From the NCBI GenBank assembly GCA_963833575.1, contig CAWHXY010000004.1:320001-384000 (forward strand): a stretch of DNA of 64,000 nt. Direction: 5' to 3'. The notes below the pieces were generated by a model. It was given only the letters and a program-made list of their open reading frames with translations. It was not told where the DNA came from and did not search any database. The stretch comes from Candidatus Bathyarchaeota archaeon. Lineage in GTDB: Archaea > Thermoproteota > Bathyarchaeia > Bathyarchaeales > Bathycorpusculaceae. The position numbers and the translations under genes are program-made. This document shows positions 59,459 through 64,000 of the stretch, one piece after another; position 1 is the stretch's first letter; every line of letters starts with the position of its first letter.

Positions 59459-59586
59459 AGCTTTAAATTAGCTTAATTGAATAAAAAATTTTCTTATAAT
59501 ACTCTTAGTCCTTATTGAAAACTAGCGGTTCAAAAAAATTGATAGATATTGGGAAAGAATGGCTATCCGCTTGAATCAAAGCACCC

Positions 59587-59742
59587 TTATTCTTTCTTTT
59601 CGCTACCGTGCATCTTCCACATTTCCTGCATTCGCATAGGCATCTTAGATATGGCATCTTTAGCCAAATCCATCAGTTCTTCGTTTACTTCAACTTCTAC
59701 CGTTAGTTTCAATTTGCCTTTCTTTTCGGCCATTTCAGTCAT
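59587..59742 (-). CDS. Small protein (51 aa), missed by ORF track
   Basis: MTEMAEKKGKLKLTVEVEVNEELMDLAKDAISKMPMRMQEMWKMHGSEKKE*, strong SD AGGAGGTG 5 nt upstream, overlaps the upstream gene's stop. Confidence 0.7.
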   Translation of the reverse strand: MTEMAEKKGKLKLTVEVEVNEELMDLAKDAISKMPMRMQEMWKMHGSEKKE

Positions 59743-60052
59743 AGAACCACCTCCTAAACCTGCTTAGTTGACTTGGGAACAAGTTACCTAGAAGATAAAT
59801 CGCCTGTATACAGGTCGTATCCAAATTAATTTCAACCCGATAATGAAACTTACCTAAACGCTTAGTTTTAGTTTTATAATCTCCAATTGTGCCCGTTTCC
59901 TCGAATCTATGCAATTGCTGGTTTGTCAATAGTGTAATCGCAGTCGGCGCCAGAGGTTCAAAAACAAAAACAACTCTTAAAAGAACACGAATAGCACTTT
60001 CAACAAGTGATTCTGACAGAGATTCTCTCTTAGTCAATAATTTATCCTCCAA
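59735..60052 (-). CDS. Hypothetical protein
   Basis: 105-aa ORF, apparently translationally coupled to 59587-59742. Confidence 0.55.
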   Translation of the reverse strand: MEDKLLTKRESLSESLVESAIRVLLRVVFVFEPLAPTAITLLTNQQLHRFEETGTIGDYKTKTKRLGKFHYRVEINLDTTCIQAIYLLGNLFPSQLSRFRRWFYD

Positions 60053-60155
60053 ATAATATTTTGAAGTAGGTAGAATGTAAAAAAGTTTCTCAAGGAGGGC
60101 TTAAGAATTATGCAATCAAGCAATATTCGCGATAATTTCAACGAAGTGTCTTAGT

Positions 60156-60725
60156 TTAGCTTTTGCAAGATTTTATGCATTCAACTAGCGATTTGAGGTT
60201 TCCTATGTCCTTATCTAATGTTATGAAGTTCCCAACATTGCTAATTGCGTAAATGGGAATTTTTACAACTACTTTGCTTACGAGAGGTTTTTTGAAGCCG
60301 AGTTCTGCGGCAGCCTCGTTATTTAAGATAACGTATAAACCTGTGACTTGCCAGTTGTCTGTTTCTATGTCTAAACCTTCCACTTCACCTATGGAAAAAC
60401 CAGTGGTGCCTACAATTTTTTTGCCATCTAACTTAGTGGATCCTATTTGGTTTTCTTTTTCTGCAATGTCTTTTAGATTTCTCACCGGCTCAACAAGTTC
60501 TATGACATCACCAACAACTTTGATCAACTGAGTTGGTAAACATATGACGATTTTGCTTAAGAATGGTTTTTTGAAGCTGAGTTCGTCTGTAGCCTCCTCA
60601 TTTAATCCAACGTAAAAAGCTGTGGCTTTCCAAGTGCTTAAGTCAAAGTATAAACCATCGAATTCCCCTAGAATGTAACCTTCAGATCCAACAACCTTTT
60701 TGCCCTTTAACACATTAGGATTCAT
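60156..60725 (-). CDS. Tandem PRC-barrel protein
   Basis: Two internal repeats L.GKK.VG..G..IGE..GL..D...W. Confidence 0.85.
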   Translation of the reverse strand: MNPNVLKGKKVVGSEGYILGEFDGLYFDLSTWKATAFYVGLNEEATDELSFKKPFLSKIVICLPTQLIKVVGDVIELVEPVRNLKDIAEKENQIGSTKLDGKKIVGTTGFSIGEVEGLDIETDNWQVTGLYVILNNEAAAELGFKKPLVSKVVVKIPIYAISNVGNFITLDKDIGNLKSLVECIKSCKS

Positions 60726-60958
60726 CGTAACTCACTCTTTTGCTAATTTGGATTGTTGAGAATAAATAGATTGCCTCAGTATCAGCTGATCAAACTTATG
60801 ACAAAACATAAGAAACTAAAAGTCAAATAAAAGGAAACTGAGTATCTGCCTTAAAATAGTTTTGCCGCCCTAACTTCAAAAACCAAAAATAACTTTCAAA
60901 GATTAACATAAAGAATTGAAGACTTTAGTAGCAATTCCTTTTCCATGCAGAATAGTGT

Positions 60959-61396
60959 TCAGAGTTTATCGGCGGCTAATGGATATCGACTCATCGCGGC
61001 AAGCATTACTTCACTGAAGGATTTTTTCCCTACGTGCCTCGCAAAATCTGAAGCAGCTATTATACCGACCAACACATCTTCCTTGACGACGGGGAGTCTC
61101 CTAATTCTGTACTTGACCATTTTCCTCGCTGCTTCTCTAAGTGAGGCATCCTCCTCGATTGTTATAAGTGGATTGGACATAATTTCAGAGATTTTAGTAT
61201 CAAGCGGTTTTTTCAGCGCCAATACCCTTCTAACCAAATCTCTTTCAGTAACTATGCCCTTGGCCTCAACGCCGTCCATAACAACAAGATCGCCAACGTC
61301 TTGATTGTGCATTAGTTTTGCAGCGTCAAGCACTGTTTCTTGAATATCAATTGTGATAACATTAGTTGCCATAAAATCTTTTACTGTTGGCATCAT
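60959..61396 (-). CDS. CBS-pair protein
   Basis: VKDFM..NVITI, GIVTERD, IRRLPVV, GII..SD. Confidence 0.92.
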   Translation of the reverse strand: MMPTVKDFMATNVITIDIQETVLDAAKLMHNQDVGDLVVMDGVEAKGIVTERDLVRRVLALKKPLDTKISEIMSNPLITIEEDASLREAARKMVKYRIRRLPVVKEDVLVGIIAASDFARHVGKKSFSEVMLAAMSRYPLAADKL

Positions 61397-61700
61397 TAGA
61401 AAAATCTATAAACTGACGTATAAGAGTTTTGCATAACAAAAATCCGGGTGCCACGCTATGAACTTCCTTAGTTTATGTTGTTTTACAGAATTAGAAGTTG
61501 CCATCTAGCATCCATGAAAATGCATTGCTTTTTCAGCGATCAAGTTTTGACACCTTTTATGTATTCATTATTCTAGTTACAGGTGCTCAGAAAAAAGCTT
61601 GCCACGATAGGATTAAACTGCGTCACGATTTGGAATTGACATTTATTAAAATAAAATGATTTTTGACTGTCATTAGGCTAAAAAAAGAAAGAAGATGTGT

Positions 61701-62264
61701 TTATGTTACTTTGACTTTCCGTTTTTGCTTAGGTATTTTTTTGGGAAGGGAAATTTCCAGAATGCCATCGTTTAAGTTAGCAGTAACTTCGTCGACCTTT
61801 ATTTCTTCAGGCAAATCTATTGTTCTATAGAATGTTTTGCATGCACGTTCTTTACATAAGTATTCGTGTTCTTTCTTGTCGTATTTCCATCCTGCATCGC
61901 CGGTAATTACAACAAAGTTGTCTTGGACGTCGATTTCGATGTTTTCCTTTTTGAAGCCTGGCATTTCCGCTTTTATGAGGAAGTCTTTTCCGCGGTCTTC
62001 AAGATCCATCGTTGGAACTCGAGTTTCTGGCATAAGAGAGAACGTATTAGCCCAAGTTGAGGGAAAAAGGAGGTCTTCAAAATCATTTCTAAATCGCTCA
62101 AAAGTGTCGTCAAACGCTTCATAAAGGTCTGAAGGAGACGTTGGGGTTAAAGTGGACTGTTTTTTAGGTGATTTAGCGATTGCCGCTGGCTTTTTCTTTG
62201 TTATTGCTAACTCAGTTTTTTTAGAAGTAGTGTCATTTTCAACTGGTTTTTTCTTTTCAGTCAT
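61701..62264 (-). CDS. Small heat-shock protein Hsp20
   Basis: DLEDRG..FLIKAEMPGFKKENI, FYRTIDLP, ANLNDGILEISLPK. Start estimated at MTEKKK. Confidence 0.92.
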   Translation of the reverse strand: MTEKKKPVENDTTSKKTELAITKKKPAAIAKSPKKQSTLTPTSPSDLYEAFDDTFERFRNDFEDLLFPSTWANTFSLMPETRVPTMDLEDRGKDFLIKAEMPGFKKENIEIDVQDNFVVITGDAGWKYDKKEHEYLCKERACKTFYRTIDLPEEIKVDEVTANLNDGILEISLPKKIPKQKRKVKVT

Positions 62265-62447
62265 AAAAATTCGCCTATAATATCCATGTTTTCGCAAGAA
62301 TTTATTGTTTACTTATTTACCTAGTTTATCAAATCTTGAAGGATGTAACGCGACAATTCTGTGATCCCAAGTTAGTCCAACTTGACAAGACGGTCATGGA
62401 AAGCTTTTATTAGGAAACAAATACAACTCCATTCGGAGAATTAAATA

Positions 62448-62960
62448 TTGAAAAATCTGGTTGTACATTATTCAAGAACTGAGACTACCAAATTTGGGGC
62501 AGAAACTATTGCTGCTGAGCTAGGTTCAGACATTGAAGAAATTGTTGATTTAAAGAAAAGAGAAAGCAAACTAAACTATATGAGTTCAGCCGGGAATGCT
62601 TCGGGTGGAAAAGAAACTAAGATCAGTCCAATTAACAGAGTTCCTTCAGATTATGACCTGATAATTATTGGGACTCCGATTTGCCTGGAGCCCCACACCA
62701 GCAATCAGAACCTACATAAAAAATAATAATTTGTCTGGAAAAAAGTAGCATTATTCTTCACGTTTGAAAATAATTTGCGTAAAGCTATAGAAAAAACCAA
62801 AGCCTTACTGCCCAACTCAATATTCGCCGGCGAACTCACTTTGGCCAAAGTCTTTAATGACAAAGAAGAGACAGCAAACAGAATCGCTGCTTGGTGCAAC
62901 AGTCTAAAAACCTCTTCAGGCCTTTTATCAAAGACAAACAAAGTTGATAATGACACTTAA
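62448..62960 (+). pseudogene. Flavodoxin pseudogene (two frameshifts)
   Basis: LVVHYSRT..T, YDLIIIGTPI, then a shifted frame AWSPTPAIRTYIKNNNLSGK, then back to VALFFT...IAAW. Confidence 0.8.
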
Positions 62961-63002
62961 TTAAAACGTGAACTTGCCTATCCCAAATACCTGTTTTAAT
63001 GC

Positions 63003-63242
63003 TCAGTAATAAAGTAAAGGATGTTTACGTGCAGTTGAAAAAAACCCGAGCAGCAACAGCAATAATCCAACCAATACTATGAACCCGCCAACAAACAACG
63101 TCGCTGCTGACTCAGGGAGAACCGAAGCTGAACCAAAAGAACCACCATTTTGAACCATGCTTACAGATAAATAGGCTACAACTGTTCCTGCAAGTACAAA
63201 AATTAAGCCAAACACAAGATAATAACCAAACGAACTTGACAT
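63003..63242 (-). CDS. Small two-TM membrane protein
   Basis: Two hydrophobic helices, basic C-terminus. Confidence 0.6.
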   Translation of the reverse strand: MSSSFGYYLVFGLIFVLAGTVVAYLSVSMVQNGGSFGSASVLPESAATLFVGGFIVLVGLLLLLLGFFSTARKHPLLYY

Positions 63243-63461
63243 AGCAGTACATCCACTGACAGATTTTTTGACGCTTCTTTCAGATGTTACAAACCTTGAC
63301 TTATCAAGTTTTTATTGTGCTGGAACATGCTTAAGTTTTATGAATTGAAAAACAAAATAACAAATAGTGTTAATTCCGTAAGAGATGATGCACTCGAAAA
63401 AAGCTCAAATTATGCCTCTACTAAAATGAATTAATAAATGTAAAAAAATGTTTTAGAGAGA

Positions 63462-63998
63462 TCATCCTATGTTTACTGGTTTGGGCTTTCGTTTTACACC
63501 GCATTTGCTGCACTTTTCTTCTGAGAGGTATCCGCTTGTTTTATTCTCATATTTGATTTGACCTTCTGAATACCAAGATGTGTTCTCCGCAAAGCTTTTC
63601 TTGACCGGGATGAATTCGTGAGTAGGTTTTTTGAGAGTGTCTAAAGTTCTTGAGTTCTCTGCGAGTTTGGTGTTAAGTTCTTCGAGTTGTGATAATTCAT
63701 CCTTTTGATAGTTTTCCAGTTGAGATTGAATTTTTCTAAGTTTGTCAAGAGCAGTTTCTAATTGGCGTATTTGGGCGGTAGCCTCTGCTAGCGCTCCGTA
63801 TTTATTGATAGTTTTGTTGATTTTTTCAATTCCAAATGATATGGATACTTGTTGATTTCTTATTTTTGCGTAATTATTCACTATTTTACTAATTTCTTTG
63901 TTTTGTTTACTTAGGTTTTCTATTTGGGTTTTGTAATTAAAGAATTCTTGATCGTAGTTTTGAGGGATTTCACAGCACAGAGGCTGTTTGCCTTCAAT
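63462..63998 (-). CDS. Coiled-coil protein with C-terminal Zn-ribbon-like motif (partial, 5' end beyond window)
   Basis: Frame stays open from 63881 to the window end (IEGKQPLCCEIPQNYDQEFF...); heptad region; HEF...CSKCG. Confidence 0.65.
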   Translation of the reverse strand: MEGKQPLCCEIPQNYDQEFFNYKTQIENLSKQNKEISKIVNNYAKIRNQQVSISFGIEKINKTINKYGALAEATAQIRQLETALDKLRKIQSQLENYQKDELSQLEELNTKLAENSRTLDTLKKPTHEFIPVKKSFAENTSWYSEGQIKYENKTSGYLSEEKCSKCGVKRKPKPVNIG

Positions 63999-64000
63999 TT

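Noticed and set aside
1170-62956. Numerous 60-180 aa ORFs antisense to or nested in confident genes (e.g. 17599-18129, 34677-35180, 44635-45114, 27060-27545, 59549-59767)
   Set aside because: Shadow ORFs arising from codon bias of the real gene; no independent motifs.

Overview
Archaeal chromosomal window, most likely Candidatus Bathyarchaeia. This is inferred from type IB topoisomerase + Ftr + Alba + aRF1, expanded membrane-anchored beta-propeller proteins and frequent TTG starts. Core content: P-type ATPase, topo IB-DUF167, aRF1, ftr, a methanogen-type homocysteine/sulfide-assimilation operon (DUF39-CBS, NIL-ferredoxin, ApbE-like UPF0280), an MMPL transporter with a divergent HTH regulator, two DUF72 genes, argG-argH-carA-carB divergent from an ACT protein-thrC-hom-lysC cluster, a YyaL-like protein, an MNT-HEPN toxin-antitoxin pair and a small stress cluster. 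I saw no rRNA, tRNA, CRISPR array, transposase or integrase. Two non-coding systems stand out. (1) At 5.97-16.4 kb there is an integron-like array of accessory modules, each separated by the same quasi-palindromic site (about GCATT-AAATTTT-AATGC). It ends at the promoter of the metallopeptidase-topo IB locus, and a decayed copy of that promoter and 5' gene end sits at 7.1 kb. (2) A dispersed family of ~120-160 bp intergenic elements consists of a conserved tail plus an interchangeable array of 10-bp tandem units. Also notable: argG has no canonical in-frame start, a PD-(D/E)XK gene is split at an A7 run, and a flavodoxin gene carries two frameshifts. All alignments were done by eye.
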